Part shown: positions 8,909-19,080 of the stretch, piece by piece | Position numbering within the stretch: the first letter of the stretch is position 1 | Layout of the letters: each line of letters begins with the position of its first letter | NCBI GenBank assembly: GCA_965206025.1 | Contig: CBDBIU010000002.1 | Coordinates: 259,432-323,431, forward strand | Direction: 5' to 3' | Source: Bryobacterales bacterium | Lineage (GTDB): Bacteria > Acidobacteriota > Terriglobia > Bryobacterales > UBA6623 | DNA: 64,000 bases | Program-made: the position numbers and the translations under genes | The notes under the pieces: generated by a model | Told to the model about the DNA's origin: nothing | Database searches by the model: none | What the model saw: the letters and a program-made list of their open reading frames with translations, nothing else

Positions 8909-9985
8909 CTACTCTAAGACCTTCACGCGGTGGTTCTCGCTGTCGCCGATGTAGACCCTCCCCTGGGAGTCGACGAAAACACCGTGAGGCCGCGCCAAGC
9001 CGCATTGCAGGGGATCGCCGTCGGGTCCGTCGTGTCGGGTCCCATCCCCCGCGACCGTGGTGATGGTTCCGTTCTTTTGGTCGATACGGCGAATCGTGTG
9101 GCTTTCGGTGTCGGCGATGTAGACGCCGCCCCCGGGGCCGACTGAGATGCCCTTCGGTCCCGACAAGAGGGCGTGCTTGGCGGGACCCCCGTCTCCCTGG
9201 TAACCCGGCTCGCCGGTGCCGGCCAGGTGATGAAGCGTCATCGCCTTCATCCTGATGCGATAGACGGCGTTGCCCTCTCGAAGAGCTACGTACATGTCTC
9301 CGCGAGCGTCGAAAGCAATCGCGCGCGGACCGTTGAGCGGAGTGCCTCGAACCGGTGCCCCGTCGGGCGTGGCGGCTTGGTCGCCGGTCCCCGCAAAGGT
9401 CTCGATCACGCCCGTCCGCAAATCAACTCGACGAATGCGATGGTTGCCGATGTCGGCGATGTAGAGTGACCCTTGGCCATCCATCTCGATACTGTGCGGA
9501 TGGTCGAGCAGAGCTTCAGTGGCCGGACCCCCGTCTCCACCGTAACCCGGCTTGCCTGTCCCGGCGAGAGTCGTGATTGATCCGGTTTTCCGGGACACCC
9601 GCCTGACGATGTGGTTTTGCATTTCGACGAAGTGCATGTTGCCTTCGCGGTCGAAACGCACTTCGTAAGGTTCATTGAGCGCCGCTTCGAGCGCCGCCTC
9701 GCCGTCTCCCGAGTAGCCTTGCTCGCCGTTTCCCGCCGCGGTGCTGATGATTCCCGTCTTCAGATCGAGCCTGCGGACCCGGTGGTTATCGACTTCGCAA
9801 ATGTAGAGGGCGCCGTCCGGCCCGATGGCAACGCCGTAGGTGTTGGCCTGCCGCGCAAGAATGCCGGGGCCGCCGTCTCCGGAAAAGCCGACTTCGCCCG
9901 TACCGGCTACGGTGCGAACCGTCTGCGGAAAGATCGGCGACGCCGCGAGGCCAAGGAGCAGAAAGGCGAGGAGACTCTTGGTCAT
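8909..9985 (-). CDS. Secreted NHL-repeat beta-propeller protein
   Basis: Signal peptide MTKSLLAFLLLGLAASPIFPQ. Six repeats of the pattern GDGGPA...L..P.G...D..G.LYIAD..NH.IRRV. Confidence 0.8.
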   Translation of the reverse strand: MTKSLLAFLLLGLAASPIFPQTVRTVAGTGEVGFSGDGGPGILARQANTYGVAIGPDGALYICEVDNHRVRRLDLKTGIISTAAGNGEQGYSGDGEAALEAALNEPYEVRFDREGNMHFVEMQNHIVRRVSRKTGSITTLAGTGKPGYGGDGGPATEALLDHPHSIEMDGQGSLYIADIGNHRIRRVDLRTGVIETFAGTGDQAATPDGAPVRGTPLNGPRAIAFDARGDMYVALREGNAVYRIRMKAMTLHHLAGTGEPGYQGDGGPAKHALLSGPKGISVGPGGGVYIADTESHTIRRIDQKNGTITTVAGDGTRHDGPDGDPLQCGLARPHGVFVDSQGRVYIGDSENHRVKVLE

Positions 9986-10031
9986 GAAGAATCGACAGGG
10001 GCTCACGAGGACTCCGTGAAGCGCATCAGCT

Positions 10032-10214
10032 TAGCCCGCATTTCTCACCACCTGACGGTCGAAGCACGCAATAGGCCCGCCATTACTGCGTTGCGCTTGC
10101 TCGCCGTGCTCAACGTACTGTTCAAGTACACCTCCGCGCGCCGAGCGGCGCGCGCCTTGTACCGAGGGGCCTCTCACGCACTTCGCCTCGCCACGTAGTG
10201 AGAAAAGCGCGCTA
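10032..10214 (+). mobile_element. MITE-like nonautonomous element, full copy A (183 bp)
   Basis: Termini TAGCCCGCATTTCTCACCAC ... GTAGTGAGAAAAGCGCGCTA are inverted repeats. Collinear with copies at 18772 and 57861, TA-flanked, no transposase ORF. Confidence 0.75.
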
Positions 10215-10529
10215 GGAGCCGCTGCCGTTCGTCTCGAAACCGCCTCGCATCAAGTCCGCTAGTTGATCGATGTTGCGCCCGAGAGCGTCGATTGTCTTGG
10301 TGGCGCGCTCCTGGGCCTCCTCCAGCCGCTGGATTCTCTCCTCCTGGTTCACCTGCATATCTTGTAAGCGCTGCTGTTGCTGGTCGAAGCGCACCTGGGC
10401 TTTGCCGATCGCGACTGCGTTGGTCGCCAGCTCATCCATTCTGACCGCAAGCGTATCCATTCTGACCGCGAAAACAGCCTCCTGCTCCAACAGAAACTGG
10501 ATGGTTTTCTCAACGTCCATTGGCTTCAT
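10212..10529 (-). CDS. Hypothetical coiled-coil protein
   Basis: 105 aa, heptad-rich (VRMDTLAVRMDELA, QQQQRLQDMQVNQEERIQRLEEAQ). No recognised family. Confidence 0.45.
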   Translation of the reverse strand: MKPMDVEKTIQFLLEQEAVFAVRMDTLAVRMDELATNAVAIGKAQVRFDQQQQRLQDMQVNQEERIQRLEEAQERATKTIDALGRNIDQLADLMRGGFETNGSGS

Positions 10530-10575
10530 TCTAGCGGATGGGCCACCCTGCTACAATCCACATTCAACAGGCAAG

Positions 10576-13267
10576 ATGCTTCTAATCGGCCCTCCAGGCA
10601 GCGGAAAAACTCATTACGTACTGGAGTGCCTCGAAGCCGCCGTCCGCGAAGCTCGCGCCCCCCGCGTCAAGCTCATCGTTCCCACCGCGAGCATGGCCAG
10701 GCACTTGCTGCACACGCTGGCGCGCCGTGGCCTGGTGGTTCCCGGCGATCTGGTCCAGACGATCGGCGACTTCGTTCGCGGGCTGACCCCTGATTTGCGG
10801 GAGCCGACGCCGGCGGCCAACTCCTGGCTGCTCGGGCGCGCCGTCCAGGCGGCGAATCGCGGGGAGTTTTCCGCCCTCCGGGAGGCGCCGGGGTTCCTTC
10901 GTTACATCGAGAGAACCCTGCGTGAGTTCCAGGCGGCGGGCTGCGACGGTTCTACGCTCGAACGCCTGACGACGACTCGCTACCAGGCCGCTTTCGCCGC
11001 CGTCTTCGTCGAGTACGAGAAGCTTCTCGAAAGGCACGGATACGCTCACCCGGCGGGGCGGTTGGCTCGGGCCGCGGATGAGGTTCGCCGCCGCGGTCTG
11101 GGCGATCCGCGGGAAATCTATCTGGACGGCTTCTTCCACTTCTCCCACCGCGAACGCCGGCTCGTGAGTGCGCTTATTGAACTTGCCGATCGTGTGGTCA
11201 TCACGGCTTGGCCTGATCTTGATCCCGGCTTCCGCGGGATGCCTGAACGCCGTCTTCAGAAGGTCTTTCGCCCCCAGGTTCAACCCGTTGTCGTTCAGGC
11301 CGCGTCACCCGAAAGGGAAGTCGAGGAGGTCGCGCGCAGGATCATCGAGGAAAAGCGCCCCTTCGAGCAAGTCGGCGTGATCCTGCGTACGCCGGAGATT
11401 TACGGACCCCTAATCCGAAGAGTCTTCGAGCGATTCCACATCCCCTTTCACTTGCGGATGCCTGAGCCGCTGGATCGTGACGCGACGATCCGCTTCTTGT
11501 GCAGCTTGTTTCGGTGCATCGCCAAGGGCTTTCCCGCCGAGGAAACACTTATGGCGCTCAAAAGCCCCCTTTGCCGTGTCGGGCTTGACCCTGAAATGGA
11601 CGCCTTCGAGTTCCGCGCACGAGAAAGCCTCCGCGACGACGGCCTGGGATTCCTCCGCGCGCGCGCCAAAGACTACCCTCTCGTCTGCGCCCGGCTCGAC
11701 GAGCTGGCGGCGCTGCTACCCTGGCGGTCCGCCATGCTCGCGCCGGATGAATGGGCCGAGCGTTGTCAGAGCATTGCTCGACAGTGGGTGAAGCTTCCCA
11801 CCGTCGAAGATGGCCGGCCCGTTACGAGCGTCGCTGAGCTGCGCCGCCGGGCCGCGGCGCTTTCAAACTTCGAGGCGGCCGCCGCGGAAGCCGCTCAGTT
11901 ATTGAAGCTGGGGGGTGCTGAAAACGCGGGCTTCGCAGGTTACCTGAAGGCCCTCGATGCGGTCTTGAGCCAAACGCTCTCCGAGCCGGCTGACCAGCGG
12001 AGGAATGTCGTGCATGTCCTCACAGCGTATGAGGCCAGACAGTGGGAGCTGCCGTTGGTTTTCGTTTGCGGGTTGGTGGAGAACCAGTTTCCCCGCCGCC
12101 GGTCCGAGGATTTGCTGTTCCCGAACTCCGATCGCGAAAGACTCCAAGGGCGCGGTTTTCCGCTGCGCACGACGAAGGACCAGGATGAAGAAGAGATCTT
12201 ACTCTTTCGTATAGCCACCAGCCGGGCAACGGAAAAACTGGTCATCACCTACCCGAGGGCCGATGGCGACGGCCGCCCCCTGCTTCGATCGTTCTTTCTC
12301 GATGGCCTCAAAGAAGAGGACCAGCCCGCTCCCATGGTGCGTCTGCACGAGCGCCACGTCGACTATGGGGCGCCGCGCCCCGCTCGTATCAGCTCGCCCG
12401 AGCTTGTGCAAGCCGTCGTCGAAAAGCACGATCATTTCAGCCCGTCTTCGCTGGAGCTTTTCCTGCAATGCCCCTATCAGTTTTTCGCCCGGCGGACCCT
12501 GGAGTTGGAGACTCGGCCGCCGCCGCCCGATCAGCGCATTGATCCGCTGCTGATGGGCACGATTATTCACCGCACGATCGCCCAATGGACCGGCGACTCC
12601 TCCCGAGCCATCGCAACCGTTTTCGGCCAGGTCTTCGACGAAACCTGTGAGAAGGCTGGTGTGTGGCAAAACTTTCGCACCGCCCTCATTCGAACCAACA
12701 TGCTCGCCGACCTCGAGCGCTTCGCCGGCGAGGAATCGGAAGCTTCGAAACTGGAGCTCCGGGAGAGGAAAACCGAGGAGGAGTTCGAGTACACGGTCGA
12801 TGACGGCGAGCACTTGCCGTTCCGTATTACCGGCCGGATCGACCGCTACGACGTGCTCGAAGGCAACTTCGGCCTCGTGGTGGACTACAAATACTCCAGC
12901 GAGGGGAGGATTCGACGCCTGATCGATGAGCACGACGCGGGAGCCAAGGTACAGGCGCAAATCTATCTGCTCGGGCTCGAGCGCGAGAGAGGGGTCCGTC
13001 CCGCGGGTTTGCGTTTTTTGGGGCTTCGAGACAAAACTGACCGTCCGCGGATGGGTCGTCAAGGGTCTGCTTCCCCCTCAGGCCGTTCTCGAAAAGGACA
13101 CGCAACTCACGGAAGCCGAATTCCGAGAGATGCTGACTCGTTCCGAGGAATTTGTGACCGCCAAGATCGGCGAGATTCGCCAAGGCCGCATCGAGGTCGC
13201 GCCCGCGGACCGCGATTTCTGTAAGAGAGTGTGCCTGTTTCGGGACGTCTGCCGGATTGAACCGTGA
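10576..13267 (+). pseudogene. addB: AddB-like helicase-nuclease subunit, reading frame broken by one extra T in a T6 run
   Basis: Walker A GPPGSGKT. RecB-type nuclease GRIDRYD...VVDYKYS. Cys set LQCPYQFF plus CKRVCLFRDVC. Frame switches at 13014-13019; removing one T gives ...RPAGLRFWGFETKLTVRGW... Confidence 0.75.
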
Positions 13268-16200
13268 CTTTCACCGCCGGGCAACAGCAAGCCGTTGAGA
13301 GCTGGGATCGGGGGGACATCTGCGTCGTCGCGGGGCCGGGATCGGGCAAGACGCTCGTTCTGGTGGAGCGCATACGCTGGTTAGTCGAAACCAAGGGCAT
13401 CGACCCGGCGCGCATTCTCGCCATCACCTTTACGGAAAAGGCCGCCCGCCAGATGCTCGAACGATTAGTCGGGGGGGCGGGACCCGATGGGGACAAGCGT
13501 CAGGCCTATCACCGCACACGGATTTCGACCATCGACGGTTTCTGTGCCGGGTTTCTTCGGGACCAAGCCTTGGAAGCCCCCATAGATCCGGAGTTCAAGG
13601 TGATGGACGCTTGGCAGGCGGAAATGGAGCTCCGTCACGTCGTCGGCAAGGTGCTCGGACACTATGCCGGCGAGCCGGCGTCTGCTCTCGGTTTCCTTAA
13701 GTCGTTCGCCGGTTCGCGCTCCCGGGCCGAAGAGATCAGTCTTTCGAGCGTGCATGAGCAGGTTTTTCGGCTCTATCAGTCGATGCGGGTGACGGGCGTT
13801 GCGCGAGGTCGGCCGAAGTCGAATGAAGGTTCGGATGCCGCGGAGTTTCAGGCGCAACGAGCGTGGATCAGCGGAGTTTTGGAGAAGATTGATCGCCAGT
13901 ATCGCAGCTGGAAGCGCGCCGCGGGCCTGGTGGATTTTCCGATCTCGCGGAGTTGGCCGTGGAGATCCTGGAGAAGGGTCACGGCCGGCGCCTGCCGTTT
14001 CAGCATATCCTCGTCGACGAGAACCAAGACACGAATCCGCTGCAGGCGAAACTGATCGCGCTTCTGCGGGAGCATGCTTCGGAGGGCTGCGTCCTGTTTG
14101 CCGTGGGAGACATTAATCAGTCGATCTATGGGTTTCGTGATGCGGACCCGGAGGTGTTCCGCAATTTTAGGGAAGCGGTCCGAGCGGGCGGGGGGGAGGT
14201 GGTCGAGCTCCAAGAGAATTTCCGTAGCCGTCCCGAGATTCTATTGGCGGCGGAACGTCTGTTGACCGGGGCCGCGGGGATCGAGACGCGTTCGCTGGTC
14301 GCTCAGCGCGGTTTGCCGCCAAAAGACGATCCGAGCGTCGAAGTGATCGTCGTTCGCCATCGCAACAAGTCGATTGCTCGGCAGAGAGAAGGCCGGCACG
14401 TCGCTACGAGAGTTATGGAACTGCGCGACCGTTTACGGATCGGCAACCCGGCGAGAACGCCCGCCTGGAGGGATTTCGCCGTCCTCGTGCGCACCCACAA
14501 CTTGGTCAGGGAATTTCATAAACACTTGCGCGAGGCGGCGATTCCCTGTCAGGTCGCCGGGGGCGCCGGATTTTTCGAAGCGCGGGAAGTGCGCGACTTC
14601 ATGTGCTTGCTGCAGGTGCTCTCGAATCCGCGGGATGAGATTCGTCTTGCGGCGGTGCTGTGCTCGCCGCTGGTTGGCGTCTCGGACGAAACGCTCCTGC
14701 GACTGAAACTCGATGGTCAGAACCTGGCGGACGTGCTGGGAGGAAAACTCGCCGTTCCCGGAGAAGATGGGCAGCGTCTGCGCACTTTCGTCGAGCGGCT
14801 CGCCCGATGGCGGGAGAGTTCGGACAGCATCCCCCCGGATCTGCTCATTTGGCGCATTCTTAGGGAGACGGGCTACGAAGCTTTCACGCTGTCGCAACCC
14901 GACGGCGCCCAGAAGGCGGCTGGCGTTCGAAAGCTCGCCGAGCTGTCGCGAAGCCTCCATAACACGGGGCGTTTCACCTTTGGACGACTCGTCGAGCGGC
15001 TCGCCGAGTGGCAGGCTTCCCGCCCGCGGCAGCCGGAAGCGGAACCTGGCGAGAACGCGGAAAACGCCGTTCAGATCATGACCATGCACAACGCTAAAGG
15101 CCTGGAGTTTCCCATTGTCTTCTTGCCTGCGCTGGATTACGTGTCCAGGGGGAGCAGCGATGCTTTAGCTTACCTTCCCGCGAGTGGCCTGGGAGTGAAG
15201 TGGGCCGACCCTCAGACCGGCGAGGGCGCGCCCGACCCGACGTTTCAAGCCAGTAGCGAGCGACGCAAGAAACGCGAGAAGGAAGAGAACAACCGTTTGC
15301 TCTACGTCGCCATGACCCGGGCAGAGGAGCATCTCGTTCTGAGTGCGGCGCTGCGAACAAATGTAACCGGGTCGGCTCGTCTGCTCAGAGACCGGCTGGA
15401 GCTGAAGCTCGATCCGTCGGACCAGGCTCCCCGCGAGGAAGAAAGAGACGGGCTGCGATTCCGCCTCATCCGCACCGGCCAAGACGCCGAACCGGCCCGC
15501 GCCGACCCGGCCGAGCTGATGCGGCCCGAGGTCCGCTTCGTTGATCCGTTGCAGCCCGGCGAGTCGGCGGACGCCTCGGCTTCAGTGACGTCGATCGCCC
15601 TCTACGCCCAGTGCCCGCGGAAATACTACCTGTCGCGATATCTTGGGTTCGAATCGGCGCCCGGGCCTGTCGCGTTTACACCCCAAGACGCGCCGGCGCC
15701 CGAGCAGGACGAGATGGAAGCGAGCGAGTTGGGCAGGCAGGCGCACAAGATCCTTGCCGGCTCGCTCGTCCCCGAGGATTCAAACCCGGAAGTGACGCGG
15801 CTGGCGAGGAATTTTCAGGAGAGCGATCTCGGCCAACGGGCAGAGGCGAACGCGGTGCGTGAGCAAAGTTTGGTCTTCGCCGTCGACGATCATTTGCTGC
15901 AAGGTCAAATCGACCTCTGGTTTGACGACGGAGCGGAACGCGTTCTCATCGACTACAAGACGGACCAGGTGACCGCCGAGGAAGCCGAGGGTCGAGCGCA
16001 AGACTACGCTTTGCAGATCAGGCTTTATGCGCAGGCGCTGACCCAAGCCGGCGGCAAGCGTCCGGATCGCGGCGTGCTTTACTTTCTGCGACCCAACGCG
16101 GCGGTGGACGTCGATGTCGGCCCGGGGGCGCTCGACGAAGCTCGACAAACGGTGCGAGATTTCTTCGCCGCCCAGTCCCGACAAAGCTTCCCCCTGCGAG

Positions 16201-16268
16201 TGGGAAAACATTGCTTTCGTTGCGCCCACTACGGGAACCTCTGTCCCGCCCGGGTTCCTCCCGAATGA
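13264..16268 (+). pseudogene. addA: AddA/UvrD-like helicase-nuclease subunit, reading frame broken by a 1-nt deficit
   Basis: GPGSGKT, LVDENQDTNPLQ, MTMHNAKGLEFP, nuclease GQIDLWFD...LIDYKTD. ORFs 13264-14055 and 13953-16268 join if one base is added near 13935-13940 (LVDF.DLAELAVEIL). Confidence 0.75.
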
Positions 16269-17758
16269 GCGAGACGCCCGGTTGGTTTGCTCAGAACGGG
16301 ACGGTGCTCGCCGTCCTGGTCGGGTTCGCCCTGGTAATGATCTTCTCGGCTTGGGCGGCCCACCGGCGGCCCGTCGACCGGCCGGGACCGATCGTCATCG
16401 CCGTTTCCTTTTACGCTACGTTTCTTAGCACCAATACCTTTCTCGGACAGGCAGGGTTCGGCTACAAAGTCGGAGTCTCTTGGCTGCTTGCCGGCGGCGT
16501 ATTCATTTTGTGTGCTCTCGGGGCATGGTTTGTCGTGGCCCGCCCGATGATTCGTGATGCGCGCCGCGTCTTGGGCGACCTAGAGGATCTCGATCAGGTT
16601 ACCGTCCCCGAGTATCTGAGGCGAAAGTATGGCAGTCCGGCGATCGGCTACGTCAGTGCGGGGGTGGTGTTCTTTGCCTCCCTGCTCTACATGCTGGCGG
16701 TGTTTAAGGGAATCGGGCACATCTTCAGCCGCATCCTTCACGTCTCCTACGAAGCAGCGGTTCTGGCGGTCCTCGTGCTGGTTGCGGTCTATACGAGTTG
16801 GGGTATGATCCGGGCCATCCTCCACACCGACGTCGTTCAGGGGGTCGTGATGGTGATTGGTGTGGCGGCTCTCTTTCTTGCTTGCGCAAGCAGGGCTGAT
16901 TGGGCGCTGCCGGCCGATAGTGTTGATTTGGACGCCTCCGGCCGGGCGCTGGGCGGCGCTTTGCTCGAATGGGACACGCTGATGTCGCCGCTGCTGATCG
17001 TGGGGCTCTCGCTGGGGACCGGCATCAAGCTCATGGTCGCGCCGCGATTGGTGGTCCGCTTTCTGCTGTTCCGCCACGCTGGGGAAAGCGAGATTCGCCG
17101 AGCGAAGTGGCTGACCGTGGGGCTGATGAGCTTGACGATACCGGCGGTCTTTGTGCTGGGTATCCTGGCTCACGGGATTATCCCCCAGGCCGAATCGCAA
17201 TTTTACTTTCAGCATACGGACGAAGTCGTGCCCTACCTGGTCGAGAACCTTTTCGGCGGCTTCTGGGGAGCCGTCGTCCTGGCCGGTTTTCTGTCGGCGG
17301 CGCTGTCGTCGATAGATTCGGTCCTGCACGTGGCCGGCTCGGCGCTGGTGGTCGATGTCTGGGCGAACTGGAGGTCCCAAACGCCGGCGCCGATGATTGC
17401 CAGGCTTCAGCGGGCCGTGATGATCCCGGTGGCGGCGGCGCCGGCGATTGCCGCGCTGAATCCTCCGGCGGACATCGTGCCTCTGACTGCCATGTCCGGC
17501 GCCTTGTTCGGCGGCTGTTTCTTCCCGGCGCTCATTATCGGTCTTTGGTCGAAGGGGCCCGGCCGAGGGGCCGTTCTGGCGTCGATTGTGGCCGGAGGAT
17601 CAGCCGTCATCGCCTGGCCGCTTGGTCTGGCGCGCATTTTGAGTCTTGAATCCGTGCACCCGGTGTTCGCGGGACTGCTCGCCTCCACGGCGGTTTACGC
17701 CTGTTGGCGGCCGAGGGCCGGCCCTTCTGAAACGACTCGACCCGCCGCCGGCCCCTAA
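16265..17758 (+). CDS. Sodium:solute symporter family (SSF) transporter
   Basis: ~497-aa polytopic protein with an SSF-like ...FLSAALSSIDSVLHVAGSALVVDVW segment. ATG overlaps the addA stop (ATGA). Confidence 0.7.
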   Translation: MSETPGWFAQNGTVLAVLVGFALVMIFSAWAAHRRPVDRPGPIVIAVSFYATFLSTNTFLGQAGFGYKVGVSWLLAGGVFILCALGAWFVVARPMIRDARRVLGDLEDLDQVTVPEYLRRKYGSPAIGYVSAGVVFFASLLYMLAVFKGIGHIFSRILHVSYEAAVLAVLVLVAVYTSWGMIRAILHTDVVQGVVMVIGVAALFLACASRADWALPADSVDLDASGRALGGALLEWDTLMSPLLIVGLSLGTGIKLMVAPRLVVRFLLFRHAGESEIRRAKWLTVGLMSLTIPAVFVLGILAHGIIPQAESQFYFQHTDEVVPYLVENLFGGFWGAVVLAGFLSAALSSIDSVLHVAGSALVVDVWANWRSQTPAPMIARLQRAVMIPVAAAPAIAALNPPADIVPLTAMSGALFGGCFFPALIIGLWSKGPGRGAVLASIVAGGSAVIAWPLGLARILSLESVHPVFAGLLASTAVYACWRPRAGPSETTRPAAGP

Positions 17759-18030
17759 GCCGTTTTCTCGCCGGGTGGCGGTCGAACTCCCTTGTCCCGG
17801 CTTTGTCACCCGCCAGGGCGGACTGATGCTTGTTTCTCTTGGGGTGTTTCTAAGGTGTCCGACCGTGTCACGGTTGCATGCTCTTGTGGCATACTATTCG
17901 GACTGACCAGCTGTAATCCGGATGCCGCGAGGGTCGTTACTGGGTCTTTGCACATCTCAAAATTAGCTGTTATGGCGTAGCCGCGAAGGGGCAAATACGT
18001 CATATCTCTTATTGAATCTGGCGGAGACTT

Positions 18031-18240
18031 ATGGACATCGGGGCGATCATTCGAGAACTCAGAAAAGAGCTGGAGCGCATTGACAGGCTGATTGTCGCCC
18101 TCGACACGCTGCACACGGGGCCACGACGAGGTAGGCCGCCCAAGCTGCTTCAACAACTTCGAGAAGCCTCCGAGGCGAGTAAGACGCCGACCAAAAAGTC
18201 GGTGAAAAAAACCAAGAAGAGTCGCAAGAAACCCTCCTGA
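18031..18240 (+). CDS. Small basic protein with an AT-hook-like RRGRPPK motif and a Lys-rich tail
   Basis: 69 aa. GGAGA 6 nt upstream of the ATG. N-terminal amphipathic helix, RGRP core, C-terminal KKSVKKTKKSRKK. Confidence 0.5.
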   Translation: MDIGAIIRELRKELERIDRLIVALDTLHTGPRRGRPPKLLQQLREASEASKTPTKKSVKKTKKSRKKPS

Positions 18241-18771
18241 AGAACTACCAACGGATCGCCCAATCAGCCGGGCATTTTCTCGTTCCAAAGCTATTTTCTT
18301 CGGCGCATTTCTTTGATTCTTACGGAGGATGAGACCGTCGATTTAGGTCGCTCGAACAGTTCTACGACGGAGTGGGGAAAGATCTCCTTCGATGCTGGAG
18401 TTGCGACTTGCAGCTGCTTCCGATTTGCCCGACATCCGGCGATCACAGGCCGTGTCGTAAGCCCTTGGCCGCAAGAACTGGCTGCAGCCCGCGGTGCGGC
18501 TGCTGGTTTTCGCCTCCTACCGACTGCTGGTGCGAAACAAGGGGTAATGGGTTCATGTCGGCAACCAATTTCTCCTTTTGCCTCCCGTAAAATGGAGCAA
18601 CTAATTGAAAACAAACGGTTAATCTTTCTAGGAAGAGGTCAGGAATTGGGTTTGTTCGGTAAACGTTTTCTCCTCCTTCTTTTCCCGTGTTGCCCCCCCT
18701 GCCGGAAACGTGAAGCGCAAGGGCCTTGCAGCGGTTCTATTTTATCAGCCGGGAACGAATCCCCACCCAGC

Positions 18772-18968
18772 TAGCCCGCATTTCTCACCACCTGACGGTC
18801 GAAGCATGCAATAGGCCCGCCATTACTGCGTTGCTCTTGCTCGCCGTGCTCAACGTAGGGTTCAACCCGCATTATTCAAGACAAGAAATGCGGCGCCGAG
18901 CGGCGCGCGCCTTGTACTGACGGGCCTCTCACGCACTTCGTCTCGCCACGTGGTGAGAAAAGCGGCTA
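18772..18968 (+). mobile_element. MITE-like element, full copy B (197 bp)
   Basis: Same TIRs (TAGCCCGCATTTCTCACCAC ... GTGGTGAGAAAAGCGGCTA), collinear with copies A and C, TA-flanked. Confidence 0.75.
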
Positions 18969-19016
18969 GACGGCCTAAGACATTGACAACATTAGGGGTT
19001 CCGTCACGGGACGGGC

Positions 19017-19080
19017 GCTTACTATTCATAAGTTAGCGATCGTTTATGGGTCGGCAATCCCAGGGACCGCTCCCGCGCGG
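19017..19080. repeat. ~65-nt repeat, copy 2 of 2 (partner at 4481-4545)
   Basis: GCTTACTATTCATAAGTTAGCGATCGTTTATGGGTCGGCAATCCCAGGGACCGCTCCC. Confidence 0.5.

Noticed and set aside
10434-10469. Tandem ATCCATTCTGACCGC direct repeat.
   Set aside because: It is explained by the duplicated VRMD(T/E)LA heptads of the coiled-coil ORF on the minus strand, so it is not a separate element.
13008-13022. Programmed ribosomal frameshift at T TTT TTG in addB.
   Set aside because: The downstream frame is +1, not -1. No stimulatory structure is evident, and addA and the permease show similar simple indels. An indel is the simpler explanation.
18291-18774. ORFs of 107 aa (minus) and 153 aa (plus) in the region upstream of mraZ.
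   Set aside because: They overlap each other, have non-protein-like composition (Cys/Arg/Pro runs), and run into the MITE.
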